A stretch of 64,000 nucleotides of DNA, from positions 215,108 through 279,107 of the forward strand of contig CAVZMH010000013.1 of assembly GCA_963776345.1 (NCBI GenBank), read 5' to 3'. Below, piece by piece: positions 41,728 through 53,634 of this stretch (the first letter of the stretch is position 1; each line of letters starts with the position of its first letter). The DNA comes from an uncultured delta proteobacterium (GTDB lineage Bacteria; Myxococcota; Myxococcia; Myxococcales; Myxococcaceae). A model generated the notes under the pieces. It was not told the DNA's origin, made no database searches, and saw only the letters and a list, made by a program, of their open reading frames with translations. The position numbers and the translations under genes are program-made.

Positions 41728-43053
41728 ATGGACCTGTTCGCCCAGGCCGCAGAGCGGGAGGCGGCTGCGCAAGGGCCGCTCGCCGAGCGGATGCGCCCCG
41801 CCACGCTCGCGGAGATCCTGGGGCAGGAGCACCTGACCGGGCCGGGGCGGCTGCTCCGCCGGGCGGTGGAGGGAGGCGCGCTGCCCTCGCTCATCCTCTG
41901 GGGACCTCCGGGGACGGGGAAGACCACGCTGGCCCGGCTCCTGGCGGGGGCCACCAAGGCGGCGTTCGTCCAGATGTCCGCGGTGGCGGCGGGGGTGAAG
42001 GACATCCGGGAGGCGGTGGCCCAGGCCGAGGAGCGGGCACGGCTGCACGGCCAGCGGACGGTGCTCTTCCTGGACGAAATCCACCGCTTCAACAAGGCGC
42101 AGCAGGACGCGCTCCTCCCCCACGTGGAGAAGGGGACGCTCACCCTTCTCGGGGCCACCACCGAGAACCCGAGCTTCGAGGTGAACGCCGCGCTCCTCAG
42201 CCGCACGCGGGTGGTGACGCTCCGGCCGCTCGAGGAGGACGAGATCCTCGAGCTGCTCCAGCGCGCGCTGGTGGCGCCGCAGGGGCTCGGCGGCAAGGTC
42301 GAGGCCGACGAGGAGGCGCTCCGGTTCCTCGCCCGGACGGCGGGTGGGGACGCGCGGCGGGCGCTGACCGCGCTCGAGGGCGCGGCGTCGGGCGGCGAGC
42401 GCATCACGGTGGCCGTGGCCGAGGAGGCGCTCCAGCGGAAGGTGCTGCTCTATGACAAGGCGGGGGACGAGCACTACGCGGTCATCTCGGCCTTCATCAA
42501 GTCGATGCGCGGCTCGGACCCCGACGCCGCGCTGTACTGGATGACCCGGATGCTCGAGGCCGGGGAGGATCCGCGGTTCGTGCTCCGGCGGATGGTGATC
42601 TTCGCCTCGGAGGACGTGGGAAACGCCGACCCGCAGGCGCTCGTGGTGGCGGTCTCGGCGCTGCAGGCGTTCGAGCTGATGGGGCTGCCGGAGGGGACGC
42701 TGCCCCTGACGCAAGCGGTGACGTACCTGTCGCTCGCGCCGAAATCGAACGCGGTGATCACCGCGTACGGGAAGGCCAAGGAGACGGTGCAGGAGACGGG
42801 GACGTTGCCCGTGCCGCCCCATCTGCGGCCGGCGTCGACGCCCCTGATGAAGAAGATGGGCTTCGGGAGCGCGTACCGGTATCCGCACGACTTCGAGGGG
42901 CACTGGGTGAGGCAGCAGTACCTTCCCGACGCCCTGGTGGGCCGGCGGTTCTACGAGCCGAGTGACAGCGGTGCCGAGGCCGAGCTCCGGCGGCGGCTGG
43001 AGGCGCTCCGGGCCAGAGAGGCCGAGGAGCACGAGCCCGGCACCGGTGGCTAG
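41728..43053 (+). CDS. rarA: Replication-associated recombination protein A
   Basis: [64 protein letters not shown]. Confidence 0.97.
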   Translation: MDLFAQAAEREAAAQGPLAERMRPATLAEILGQEHLTGPGRLLRRAVEGGALPSLILWGPPGTGKTTLARLLAGATKAAFVQMSAVAAGVKDIREAVAQAEERARLHGQRTVLFLDEIHRFNKAQQDALLPHVEKGTLTLLGATTENPSFEVNAALLSRTRVVTLRPLEEDEILELLQRALVAPQGLGGKVEADEEALRFLARTAGGDARRALTALEGAASGGERITVAVAEEALQRKVLLYDKAGDEHYAVISAFIKSMRGSDPDAALYWMTRMLEAGEDPRFVLRRMVIFASEDVGNADPQALVVAVSALQAFELMGLPEGTLPLTQAVTYLSLAPKSNAVITAYGKAKETVQETGTLPVPPHLRPASTPLMKKMGFGSAYRYPHDFEGHWVRQQYLPDALVGRRFYEPSDSGAEAELRRRLEALRAREAEEHEPGTGG

Positions 43054-43091
43054 CGGCGGCGTAGGGGCCTCACCGGCCCGGCGCGCGCCGA

Positions 43092-43607
43092 TCATCGACG
43101 GAGACGACCCCTCCACCGCCGATCAGGCGGGGGGAGCGCGCGCTCGAGGCGCTCCAGCGCCCACTGGTTCCCGGCGACCCAGGAGCGTTGGGCGTCCGCG
43201 CGTTCCTTCCAGCGCGCGAGCGCCCGGGCCGCGTCGCCCGGCACGCCTTCCACGAGGAACACGGCGGCGAGGGCGAGGTCTGCGTACCCGCCTCCATCAT
43301 GGGAGGGTGCCGCGAGGCGGCGAGCTCGGCGCGCGCGCCGAGTGCGTCGCCCCCCAGGTTCACGACGGCCAGCACGGCATTGCCGAGCGCGCCGGCGAGC
43401 AGGAACGAAGGCTCCGTACGCCCCGATGCCCCAGAAGAGGAGCAGGATGACCAGGACGCGCAGCATCGGGTCGGAAGGCCGGACCGGCGTCAGCGCGCGG
43501 ACGAGGACCCTGCCGAAGCCCCAGCCCCCGAGCATGAAGACGATCCCGAGAGAGACCAGCGCGAGGCGCCCCCTCGCGCAGTGGATCACACGCGCACCGG
43601 TGCTCAC
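43092..43607 (-). CDS. Hypothetical small membrane protein (possible internal frameshifts)
   Basis: Hydrophobic segments LALVSLGIVFMLGGWGFG, VLVILLLFWGIGAYGAF and ADLALAAVFLV. The middle part reads better in another frame. Confidence 0.45.
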   Translation of the reverse strand: MSTGARVIHCARGRLALVSLGIVFMLGGWGFGRVLVRALTPVRPSDPMLRVLVILLLFWGIGAYGAFVPARRRARQCRAGRREPGGRRTRRARRARRLAAPSHDGGGYADLALAAVFLVEGVPGDAARALARWKERADAQRSWVAGNQWALERLERALPPPDRRWRGRLRR

Positions 43608-43634
43608 AGGGCCGCTCACTGTTTCCCACGCCCG

Positions 43635-44094
43635 CTTCGAGAAACATCTTGGAACGGTCCGGCCGGGGGGAGGTTGCGAGGTCGTCGGGAGCGTTCCATC
43701 CGGTTTCCGATTCGCGGAGCGAGTCGCAATTCCAGCGTGTGCACCCGCACTGTTTAAGCGCTCGGCTCCCGCCCCTCGTGGAGAACGCCCGCGTCGTCCC
43801 GGAACGGCCGGGCCCGAGTTGCCCCCGCGTCGTGCGAACATCCTCAGCCCACCGGGCGCCGACCCGACGGCTCCTCGCGCGTTCGCGCACGCGCCGCTCG
43901 CGGTCCCGAGGCAGGTCCGCAGCTCCCCACCGGCGGCCGTCCATGGACGGTCCGGAAACTCGGACCTGGGGTCCGCAACGGTGTTCAGACCCGGCGGAAA
44001 TGACTCGCGGACGCGCCCTGGGAAACTCGATGGAACGCGCCGGGCAACCTTGCGACCTCTCTCCCAGGGGACCGTTCCAAATTGTTTCCCGAAG
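43635..44094. repeat. Pair of homologous 74-bp-core elements in inverted orientation
   Basis: The reverse complement of 43635-43708 aligns without gaps to 44021-44094, 57/74 identical by manual count. Confidence 0.85.
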
Positions 44095-44147
44095 GCCGCA
44101 TGGTTCACCGGCGAGCGCCGCGCGCGCTTCTTGCTCGCGTGTGCTGC

Positions 44148-45089
44148 GTGGACCGGGAGACGGACGCCCTCGTGGCCGCGCTCGACGAGCTGCGGCTCCG
44201 GTGCATCCCGGTGCCCGAGGCCGTCCGCGCCGTCCCGTGGAGGCGCGTCTTCCCGGAGGAGACGGTGTCGCTGCACGTCGTGCTCGAGGGGGGCTGCCTG
44301 ATCGATTCCGGGGTGCGGCTGTGGCGGTACCGTCTCGACCCGGGCGAGGTGCTGGTCGTGAACCGGGGCGTTCCGGGTGCCCTGCGCGCGACCTGCGAGA
44401 CCGACCCACCCGAGGTGCTGTCCGCCTGCGTCCACCTCGAGGCGCCGCACGGGCACCCGATGCTCGACGCGTTCCCGGCGCTCATCCGCGCGAGCGCACG
44501 ACGGATCCCCCGGTCCTTCGCCCCGTCGATTCACGCGCTGAGGGAGGAGCTGGCGATCCCCACGCTCGGCGGAGACGTCGTCGCCGGCCGTCTCTGCGAG
44601 GTGCTGTTCGTCCAGGCTCTCCGTACCCACGTCACCGACGATCTCTGCTGGACCGACGAGGGCTGGTTCAGGATGCTCGCCGATCCGCTCCTCCGCGAGC
44701 AGCTCGCCCGGGCGAGCCGACCCGGAACGACCGTGGCCTCCTTCGCGAGCGTCCTGGGCCGGTCGCGCCAGCGGACACGCGCTCGCTTCGCGCAGTTCGG
44801 CGGCACCACGCCTTCCACCTTCCTCCGCCAGGCGCGGGTCCGCCGGGCGGCGGAGCTCCTGCGGCAGGGCGAGAGCGACCTCGCCCGCATCGCGGCGGTC
44901 ACCGGGTTCGGCAGTCGCCAGGCGCTGTGTCGCGCGTTTCGCCGCGAGATCGGAGTGTCACCCGCTGCCGAGTGGCGAGCCACGCACCACCGGCCGTTCC
45001 CCCGGCGAAGCGGGCAGACGACGCCGCGCGAAGGGGCTGCCGGCGGCCTCTCAGCCGGAGACCGGCCGGACCCGGCCGAGCCGGAGTGA
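44148..45089 (+). CDS. AraC-family transcriptional regulator with cupin-like sensor domain
   Basis: LHVVLEGGC, RLCEVLFVQALR, C-terminal HTH IAAVTGFGSRQALCRAFRREIGVSP. Start is uncertain. Confidence 0.88.
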   Translation: MDRETDALVAALDELRLRCIPVPEAVRAVPWRRVFPEETVSLHVVLEGGCLIDSGVRLWRYRLDPGEVLVVNRGVPGALRATCETDPPEVLSACVHLEAPHGHPMLDAFPALIRASARRIPRSFAPSIHALREELAIPTLGGDVVAGRLCEVLFVQALRTHVTDDLCWTDEGWFRMLADPLLREQLARASRPGTTVASFASVLGRSRQRTRARFAQFGGTTPSTFLRQARVRRAAELLRQGESDLARIAAVTGFGSRQALCRAFRREIGVSPAAEWRATHHRPFPRRSGQTTPREGAAGGLSAGDRPDPAEPE

Positions 45090-45809
45090 CAGCGGCCAGC
45101 GGATGAGCCGCGCGGCGGCCGGATCCCCCCAGGCCGCGCGGAGCTCCTGCCCGAAGCGCTCGAGCTCGTCGCCCCGGCCGGCCTTCCTGAGCGACTGCAC
45201 CGCGGACCATGTCCCCACGTACCCGAGCAGCTGCTCGGCATCCCATCGGTGCTCCAGCGCCAGCGCCGGCGCCTCCACCGGCTCGAACGGGAACGGCAGC
45301 GACCGGTAGCCCTCCTCGACCAGGCGCCGCTCCGGCGGCCAGTGCCCGTCGAGCGTCTCCCAGTAGAAGCGCTCGACCAGGCGCTCGACCTCGGGGTCCA
45401 CCTCCATCACCGCGTAGGTGACCAGCGCCACCAGCCCGCCCGGCCGCGCGACCCTCCGCACCTCGCGGTAGTAGGCGTCGAGGTCGAACCAGTGCGCGGC
45501 CTGCGCCGCGACCGCGCAGTCCACACTCCCGTCGGGAAGCCCGCTCTCCTCGGCCGGCGCCACCGCATACCGGACCCGCGGGTGCGGCGTCGCCGCGGCG
45601 ATCTGCGCCGCGCTGGCGTCGGTGGCCAGCACCACCTCGAACACCTCGCCCAGCACCACCGAGAGCTGCCCGGAGCCGCACCCCGCGTCCCAGGCACGAC
45701 CGCGCCCCGGCGAGCGCGCGGCGAGCGCCTCGGCGACCGCGCGCGAATACACCGGCCGGTGCGCCGCATACCCGCCCGCGGTGGCCGAGAAGTGGTCCTT
45801 GAAGGTCAC
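45051..45809 (-). CDS. Class I SAM-dependent methyltransferase
   Basis: FKDHFS, YAAHRPVY, AWDAGCGSGQ, ATDASAAQI, AQAAHWFD. Confidence 0.9.
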   Translation of the reverse strand: MTFKDHFSATAGGYAAHRPVYSRAVAEALAARSPGRGRAWDAGCGSGQLSVVLGEVFEVVLATDASAAQIAAATPHPRVRYAVAPAEESGLPDGSVDCAVAAQAAHWFDLDAYYREVRRVARPGGLVALVTYAVMEVDPEVERLVERFYWETLDGHWPPERRLVEEGYRSLPFPFEPVEAPALALEHRWDAEQLLGYVGTWSAVQSLRKAGRGDELERFGQELRAAWGDPAAARLIRWPLSLRLGRVRPVSG

Positions 45810-45883
45810 AGGTCGCGCTCCCAGGTCTCCGCCACCTGGTTTCCTGACGCAAGCTTCTCGTCGGCCGGGAGCTCCCCCGGGGC

Positions 45884-47140
45884 TCAGCGGTCCGGCCGCA
45901 CCGTGACCGCGAGCTCTCCGCGGGGCACCGACGGGTCGACCAGCGTCGCCGCGTCCCCGTGCACCTCGATGGCGAGCGCGTCTCCGGCGCCGAGCCCCGC
46001 TCCGAGCTCCGCGGCCACCGGCCAGCGCCCTCGGTCGGCGCGGAAGAGGTCGGCCTCGAGGGCTCCCCGGAGCAGGTGCAGCTGGGCACGGGCCCGCGCA
46101 TCCGACCGGCCAGCCCGGCCGAGCTGGGGGAGCGCAAACGCCGCCTGCGGGTTGAGCCACGGCCGCTCGCCCGCGGCGAGGACGTCCAGCCGGTCGGCCC
46201 GCGCGGGCATCGGCAGGCCCGCCGCCTCCACCGCCGCGGCCAGCCGCGCGTCGATCCGGTGCCACGCATCCCCCAGCGCCAGGGTGAAGCGCCAGTCGGT
46301 CGGCCGCGGCGAAGCGTTCTCCCGGGCCCAGCCGGCCACCCGGCCTGGCAGCGCGTCCGGCCCGCCGAGGTACGGCGCGAACGCCTGCGCGCGGACTCCG
46401 AGCGCGTACTCGCGGAGGACGGCGGCGAAGCTGGGCGTCCCCTCCTCCACCCTGGCCAGCGCCCCGGCCGCCCTGCGCTTCACCTCCACCGGGGCCACGT
46501 CGAGCGCCGCGGCGCAGGGCCGGAACGCCACCTCCTCCACGCCCAGCGCCGGGAGCCGGCCCGCCAGCCCGGTGCCCCAGGACGCGTCACGGACGAGCGC
46601 CTGGAGTTCCACGCAGACCCGGGCCGCTCCGGCCACGTCCCCCGTCGAGAGGAGCTGCCGGACGCGGAGCGCGCCGAGCTTCCCGGCATAGGGCAGCGTG
46701 GACCAGCCGCGGGGACGACCGGGCGGCGTCGCCACGTCCAGCGTCCCGAGCCCGGGCGGAGGGCCCGCCTCGGCGGCGTGGGTCGCCCCGAGGAGCGCCG
46801 CCAGCGGCCCGGCCGCGGCGTCGAGCTCGCGCCTGCACGAGGGCGTGAGCGCGTCGAAGGGTTGTTCCCCGTCCCGCACCGCCCGGCACAGCTCGACGTC
46901 CGCCGACGACGCCTCGAGCGCGGCGAGCGCGTCCCACGGCGCGGCCGCGCGCTCACCGAAGCTCCCGCGGTCCGGCGGCTCGACCTGCGCGGGCCGGGGG
47001 AAGCGCGCCGCGGCCCGGGCCTCGAGGTCTCGCCTCAGCGCCCGCGCCGGACCGGCCCGCGAGGTCCGCCAGATCGCCATGCCGATCAGCACGACCAGCG
47101 CGCCCGTCGCCAGCCAGAGTGCAATCCGCACCAGGAGCAC
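45884..47140 (-). CDS. Hypothetical protein with N-terminal TM anchor
   Basis: 418-aa ORF filling the gap, with a hydrophobic N-terminus and no recognised motif. Confidence 0.6.
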   Translation of the reverse strand: MLLVRIALWLATGALVVLIGMAIWRTSRAGPARALRRDLEARAAARFPRPAQVEPPDRGSFGERAAAPWDALAALEASSADVELCRAVRDGEQPFDALTPSCRRELDAAAGPLAALLGATHAAEAGPPPGLGTLDVATPPGRPRGWSTLPYAGKLGALRVRQLLSTGDVAGAARVCVELQALVRDASWGTGLAGRLPALGVEEVAFRPCAAALDVAPVEVKRRAAGALARVEEGTPSFAAVLREYALGVRAQAFAPYLGGPDALPGRVAGWARENASPRPTDWRFTLALGDAWHRIDARLAAAVEAAGLPMPARADRLDVLAAGERPWLNPQAAFALPQLGRAGRSDARARAQLHLLRGALEADLFRADRGRWPVAAELGAGLGAGDALAIEVHGDAATLVDPSVPRGELAVTVRPDR

Positions 47141-47276
47141 ACTGCCAGAGCCCGCCAGAAAAGCGAGGGCCCGCTCGACGCATGCCTTGCAGGCGCCGAG
47201 CAGGCCCTCTTTTGCCCCGTCAGGGACGTCACCCGGGGACGCTGTGCCCGGATGACGGCCCTCCGGTGGTTCCTTC

Positions 47277-48724
<1,448 letters not shown>

Positions 48725-48725
<1 letters not shown>

Positions 48726-50296
48726 CAGTTCCTCACAGATGGGAAAGACGTGGGTGGGATGGGGAGAAGGACGGTGAAGGTGGAGCCCTCGCCGGGAGCG
48801 CTCTGCACCTCGAAGCGGCCGCCGTGGTCCTGGACGATGCGGTAGGCGATCGCCAGACCGAGTCCGGTGCCCTCACCGGGCGGCTTGGTGGTGAACGACG
48901 GCTCGAAGATGCGCGGGAGCACCGAGGGCTCGATGCCCGTGCCGGTGTCGTGGACGCTGAAGAAGAGGTGGGTGTCCCGCCGGCCGGTGGTGACGGTCAG
49001 CGTGCCCCGCCCCTGCTCCAGGGCGTAGAGCCCGTTCTGGAGGAGGTTGAGCAGCACCTGACCCATCTGGCTCGTGTCCCCGATGACCGGCGGCAGGTCG
49101 GCCCCGGTCGCCACCTCGAGGGCGGCGTCGGGGACCTTCTTCAGCTGGGCCCGGAAGAGGAACGCCGCGTCGTCCACGCAGCGGTTGAGATCGAACGGAC
49201 GCCGGTCGCCCTCCTGGGAGCGGCGGCTGAACTGGAGCAGGCTCTCCACGATGCGCTTGCAGCGCAGCGCCGACTCCTCGATCAGCTGCAGCGAGTCCAG
49301 GTCACCCTTGGCGCGGCCCGCGTCCCGCTTCATCAGCTGGGCGAAGGTGAGGATGCCCGCCAGCGGGTTGTTGATCTCGTGCGCCACGCCGCCGGCGAGC
49401 TGGCCCACCGCGGCCATCTTCTCCGTCTCGACCAGGCGCGCGGTCATCATCCGCTCGTCGGTCACGTCCCGGTAGGCACACACCGCCTGCCCCTCCTCCG
49501 CCATGGGGTAGACGTCGAGGACGTAGATTCTTCCCCGGTGCTGGATCTCCGCCCGGCCCTCCTTGCCGCTGGAGATGGCCGTCTTCATGGGACAGCCCGT
49601 GCACGGGGTGTCACGCCCGAAGAGGAACTGGTGGCAGGGGGGGTTCTGGCTCACGCCCTGGACCGGGCGCCCGGCGACCCGGGCGTAGGCCACGTTGGCC
49701 CGGCGGACGCTGTGGTCCGCGCCCCGTACCACCGCCAGCGGGAGATCCAGCGAGTCGAAGGAGAGCTCCCACTCGCGCTTGGCCACCACCAGGAGCCGGG
49801 TGCGCTGCTGCACGCGCTCCTCCAGCTCGGCGTTGAGCGCCCGGAGCTCCTCGTTCTGGGCCCGGGTGACGTCCTGGAGGCGGGCGTTCTCGGCCTGCAC
49901 CGCGTACTGCTCGAAGGCGCTCTGGACGGTGAGGAGGAGCGCCGAGTCGTTCCAGGGCTTGGCGATGAAGCGGAAGATCTCGGAGCGGTTGATCGCCTCC
50001 TCGATGGCGCGCTGGTCGGCGTGCCCGGTGAGCATGATCCGCTGCGCCAGCGGGATGCGCTGCTTCACCTGGGCCAGGAAGTCCGCCCCGTTCATGCCGG
50101 GGAGCCGGAAATCCGAGATGACCACCTCGGGGGTGAACTGCTCGAGGACCTTGAGGCCCCGCTCCCCGTCCAGCGCGGTGCGGATCTCCCAGTCCCCGCT
50201 GCGGAGCACCCGACGGAGCGACTTGAGGATGTTCTCCTCGTCGTCCACCACCAGCAGCCGCCCCTGGGCGGGCGACAAATTGAGCGCAGGCTCCAT
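48725..50296 (-). CDS. Hybrid histidine kinase (REC-PAS-HisKA-HATPase)
   Basis: VVDDE, ISDFRLP, AHEINNPL, NLLQNG, DTGTGI, FTTKPPGEGTGLGL. Confidence 0.95.
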
Positions 50297-50326
50297 CACG
50301 GGTCGTCCCTGTGGAAGCGAGGGATG

Positions 50327-50342
50327 TGCAACCGCTCGGCCA
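50327..50342 (-). promoter_or_regulatory. Candidate sigma54 -24/-12 promoter of the kinase-EBP operon
   Basis: TGGCCGA-GCGG-TTGCA, about 30 nt upstream of the start codon. Confidence 0.6.
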
Positions 50343-50494
50343 CCGGGCCGGTCCGGGCAACCCTCTGGGATCAGGTCCGTTTCACCCGGTGCTGGCCGGC
50401 AGACCCGGGGTCACTTTACACCCACTAGGCATGCTTGTGGTCGCCAGTGACCCAGCCCTCCCAGACGAACGGCCGCTGCTCCAAGTCCCTGAGA

Positions 50495-51430
50495 TCAGGA
50501 GGCCCCGGAGCTCCGCGGGAGCACGCCGACCCCCGGGTCCGCCAGGCAGACGCGGTTCCGACCCTCGCGCTTGGCCCGGGCCAGGCAGCCATCGGCGGCG
50601 CCGATCAGCTCCTCGGCGGTCTGCACGGCGACCGCCGGGTGGCTCCCCACGCCCACGCTCGCGGTGAGCAGCACCTCGGCCGCCGGCCCGGTCCGGAGCG
50701 CGGCGACGTCTCGCCGGATCCGCTCGGCCACGGTGAGGGCGCCGGCGAGGTGAGTCTGCGGAAGGATGCAGGCGAACTCGTCGCCGCCGGTGCGGGCGAC
50801 GGTGTCGGTCTCGCGCACCGCGGCCAGGAGGCACTGCGCCACGGCCCGGAGCACCCCGTCGCCGACCAGGTGTCCGAACGAGTCATTGATGCCCCGGAAC
50901 TGATCGAGGTCCACCAGCACCAGGGCGAGCGGGTTGTCGTACCGCTGCCCCCGACGGAACTCGTCCTCCAGCCGCAGGAGGAAGTACCGGCGGTTGTGCA
51001 CCTCGGTGAGCGCGTCCACGACTGCGATCCGGTCCTCCGGGCCCTGGGTCATCGGACCCGCCGCTCGCCGGGACACCGCGGCGCGCCGCCGCAGCCGGGC
51101 CAGCAGCTCCTCGAGCCCGACGTTCGCGGGGAGCACGTCGTCCGCGCCGAGGTCCAGCAGCCGGGTCCGGGCCTCGGCGTCGTCCACCCCGAGGACCAGG
51201 ACCGGGCGGCCCGCGTCGCGCTCCTTCGCCCGGAGTCGCGAGAGCAGACCGGCCACTCCCCACGGGGGGCACGGCTCGAGGACCACCAGCGCGTCCGGCT
51301 CGTCGGCAGTGGACGCGCGGTCCACCGCCTCTCCGTCCTGCAACCGGGTGCAGGTCCAGCCGGCCTGCTCGAGCCCGGCGGCGAGCGCGCTCCCCGGAGC
51401 GTCCTGCGCGGTGACGAGCCAGAGGTTCAT
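50495..51430 (-). CDS. Atypical REC plus GGDEF diguanylate cyclase
   Basis: DALTEVHNRR, DLDQFRGINDSFGHLVGD, RETD I-site, GGDEF. Alternative GTG start at 51460. Confidence 0.92.
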   Translation of the reverse strand: MNLWLVTAQDAPGSALAAGLEQAGWTCTRLQDGEAVDRASTADEPDALVVLEPCPPWGVAGLLSRLRAKERDAGRPVLVLGVDDAEARTRLLDLGADDVLPANVGLEELLARLRRRAAVSRRAAGPMTQGPEDRIAVVDALTEVHNRRYFLLRLEDEFRRGQRYDNPLALVLVDLDQFRGINDSFGHLVGDGVLRAVAQCLLAAVRETDTVARTGGDEFACILPQTHLAGALTVAERIRRDVAALRTGPAAEVLLTASVGVGSHPAVAVQTAEELIGAADGCLARAKREGRNRVCLADPGVGVLPRSSGAS

Positions 51431-51570
51431 TCGGGACAGGCCGGACAGGCTAGCAGACACGGGTGCCCGTGCCCCTGTTCGCCCCGGTCACCCGGGTGCC
51501 CGGAAACCCTCGGAAAGGAAAGTGGTTTACGCCCGTGGGGGCCCAGGGCTAGACCGATGCCCGGCCGCCC

Positions 51571-53625
51571 GTGGACCCCCGCAGCGCAGAGCCGTCCGAG
51601 CCGTCCCCGCCTTCCCCGCCGACCGAGCCACCCACGCTGACCCAGCGGGTGCGGCGATGGCTGGTGGGCCGACCCCGGAGCGTGGAGGACCCGGGCGTCT
51701 TCCACCATGTGTCGCTGGTGGCCTTCCTGGCGTGGGTGGGTCTCGGGGCCGACGGGCTGTCGTCCTCGTCCTACGGCCCCGAGGAGTCCTTCAAGGCGCT
51801 CGGCTCCCACGTGGCGCTCGCGCCCTTCCTGGCGCTCGCCACCGCCTTCACCGTGATCATCATCGCCGCCGCGTACCGGCGCATCATCGAGCACTTCCCG
51901 TTCGGCGGCGGCGGGTACGTCGTCGCCACCCGGCTGCTCGGGCCCACGGCCGGCGTCGTCTCCGGCAGCGCGCTGATGGTGGACTACGTCCTGACCATCA
52001 CCACCTCGGTGGCGGGCGGGGCGGACGCGATCTTCAGCTTCGTCCCGCCGGCGCTGCACGGCTGGAAGCTCCCGGTGGAGTTCCTGGCCATCGGGATGCT
52101 GGTGGTGCTCAACCTGCGCGGGGTGCGCGAGTCGGTGACCGTGCTCGCGCCGATCTTCCTCGTCTTCCTGGTCACCCACGTCGTCCTCATCGGCGGCGCG
52201 GTGCTCAGTCGGGTGGACGAGGTGCACGTGGTCCGCGACCAGGTGCGGAGCGGGCTCTCGCAGGGGATGACGACCTTGGGCCTGGGCGGGATGCTCGCGC
52301 TCTTCCTCCGCGCCTACTCGATGGGGGCCGGCACGTACACCGGCATCGAGGCGGTGAGCAACGGGCTGCAGATCATGCGCGAGCCCAAGGTCGAGACGGC
52401 CCGGCGGACGATGGTGCTGATGGCGACCTCGCTCGCCCTCACCGCCGGCGGCATCACCCTGGCGTATCTCCTCCTGCACGTGACGCCCGTGACCGGGCAG
52501 ACGATGAACGCGGTGCTCGCCGGCCGGTTCGCCGGCGCGTTCCATCTCGGAGGGCTGCCGGTCGGCGAGTGGTTCGTGTGGCTCACCCTTCTCTCGGAGG
52601 CGCTGCTCCTGTTCGTCGCCGCGCAGGCGGGCTTCCTCGACGGCCCGCGGGTGATGGCGAACATGGCGGTGGACAGCTGGGCCCCGCACCGCTTCGCGCA
52701 GCTCTCGGACCGGCTGACGATGCAGAACGGCGTGCTCCTGATGGGCGTCTCGTCGCTCCTGGCCCTGCTCTACACCCACGGCGACATCACCACCCTGGTC
52801 ACGCTCTACGCGATCAACGTGTTCGTCACCTTCTCGCTGAGCCAGCTGGCGATGTGCCGCTTCTGGTGGCGCGAGCGGCGGAGCCGGAAGGACTGGCGGC
52901 GCCAGGGCGCCATCCACGTGATCGGCCTGGTGCTCTGCCTCGGCATCCTGGTGGTGAACGTCTACGAGAAGTTCCGCGAGGGCGCCTGGGTCACCCTGGT
53001 GGTGACCGGCGCGGTGGTGGGGGTCTTCGTCTGGACCCGGCGGCACTACCGCCAGGTCCAGCAGAGCCTGCGGCGGCTCGACGCCATCCTCCCCGCGATG
53101 CCCAAGGCCAGCCAGCCCGTCCGGCCGCTGGAGCCGGCCAAGCCCACCGCCGCGCTGCTGGTGGGCAGCTACGCCGGGCTCGGGGTGCACTCGGTGCTCA
53201 CCATCCAGCGGTTGTTCCCGAGCTACTTCCAGAACTTCGTCTTCCTCTCGGTGGGGGTCATCGACTCGGCGACCTTCAAGGACATCGCCGAGGTGGTGGA
53301 GGTGAAGGAGCGCACCCAGGCGGCGCTGGACGAGTACGTAGCGCTCGCGCAGGGGCTGGGGCTCGCGGCGACGGCCAGGATGGCGCTGGGGACCGAGGCG
53401 GTGGAGACCGCGACCCAGCTCTGCCGCGAGGTGGCCCGCGAGTTTCCCCGCGCCCTGTTCTTCGCCGGGAAGCTCGTGTTCCAGCAGGAGCACTGGTACC
53501 AGCGGCTGCTCCACAACGAGACCGCGTACCAGATCCAGCGCCGGCTGCAGTTCGCCGGGCTGAACGCGATGGTGCTCCCGGTCCGGCTGCTCGAGGGCGA
53601 GGCGGAGACGAAGACCGCGGCCTGA
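51571..53625 (+). CDS. APC-superfamily transporter, KimA/YdaO-like (putative K+ uptake)
   Basis: ADGLSSSSYGPEE, GGGGY, DYVLT, TGIEAVSNG, LYAINVF, and C-terminal cytoplasmic QRLLHNET. Confidence 0.82.
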   Translation: MDPRSAEPSEPSPPSPPTEPPTLTQRVRRWLVGRPRSVEDPGVFHHVSLVAFLAWVGLGADGLSSSSYGPEESFKALGSHVALAPFLALATAFTVIIIAAAYRRIIEHFPFGGGGYVVATRLLGPTAGVVSGSALMVDYVLTITTSVAGGADAIFSFVPPALHGWKLPVEFLAIGMLVVLNLRGVRESVTVLAPIFLVFLVTHVVLIGGAVLSRVDEVHVVRDQVRSGLSQGMTTLGLGGMLALFLRAYSMGAGTYTGIEAVSNGLQIMREPKVETARRTMVLMATSLALTAGGITLAYLLLHVTPVTGQTMNAVLAGRFAGAFHLGGLPVGEWFVWLTLLSEALLLFVAAQAGFLDGPRVMANMAVDSWAPHRFAQLSDRLTMQNGVLLMGVSSLLALLYTHGDITTLVTLYAINVFVTFSLSQLAMCRFWWRERRSRKDWRRQGAIHVIGLVLCLGILVVNVYEKFREGAWVTLVVTGAVVGVFVWTRRHYRQVQQSLRRLDAILPAMPKASQPVRPLEPAKPTAALLVGSYAGLGVHSVLTIQRLFPSYFQNFVFLSVGVIDSATFKDIAEVVEVKERTQAALDEYVALAQGLGLAATARMALGTEAVETATQLCREVAREFPRALFFAGKLVFQQEHWYQRLLHNETAYQIQRRLQFAGLNAMVLPVRLLEGEAETKTAA

Positions 53626-53634
53626 GCTCCGCCC

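Noticed and set aside
43937..43975. Palindrome CCGTCCATGGACGG and hairpin CGGACC-TGG-GGTCCG as separate features
   Set aside because: Real, but GC-rich and with no independent evidence; treated as part of the inter-repeat segment.
43635..44094. Integron attC sites
   Set aside because: AAC...GTT ends are present but do not fit RYYYAAC/GTTRRRY, the copies are inverted rather than tandem, and there is no integrase.
51431..51570. c-di-AMP (ydaO) riboswitch upstream of the KimA-like gene
   Set aside because: The conserved motifs are not recognisable and the region is short. An Rfam scan would settle it.
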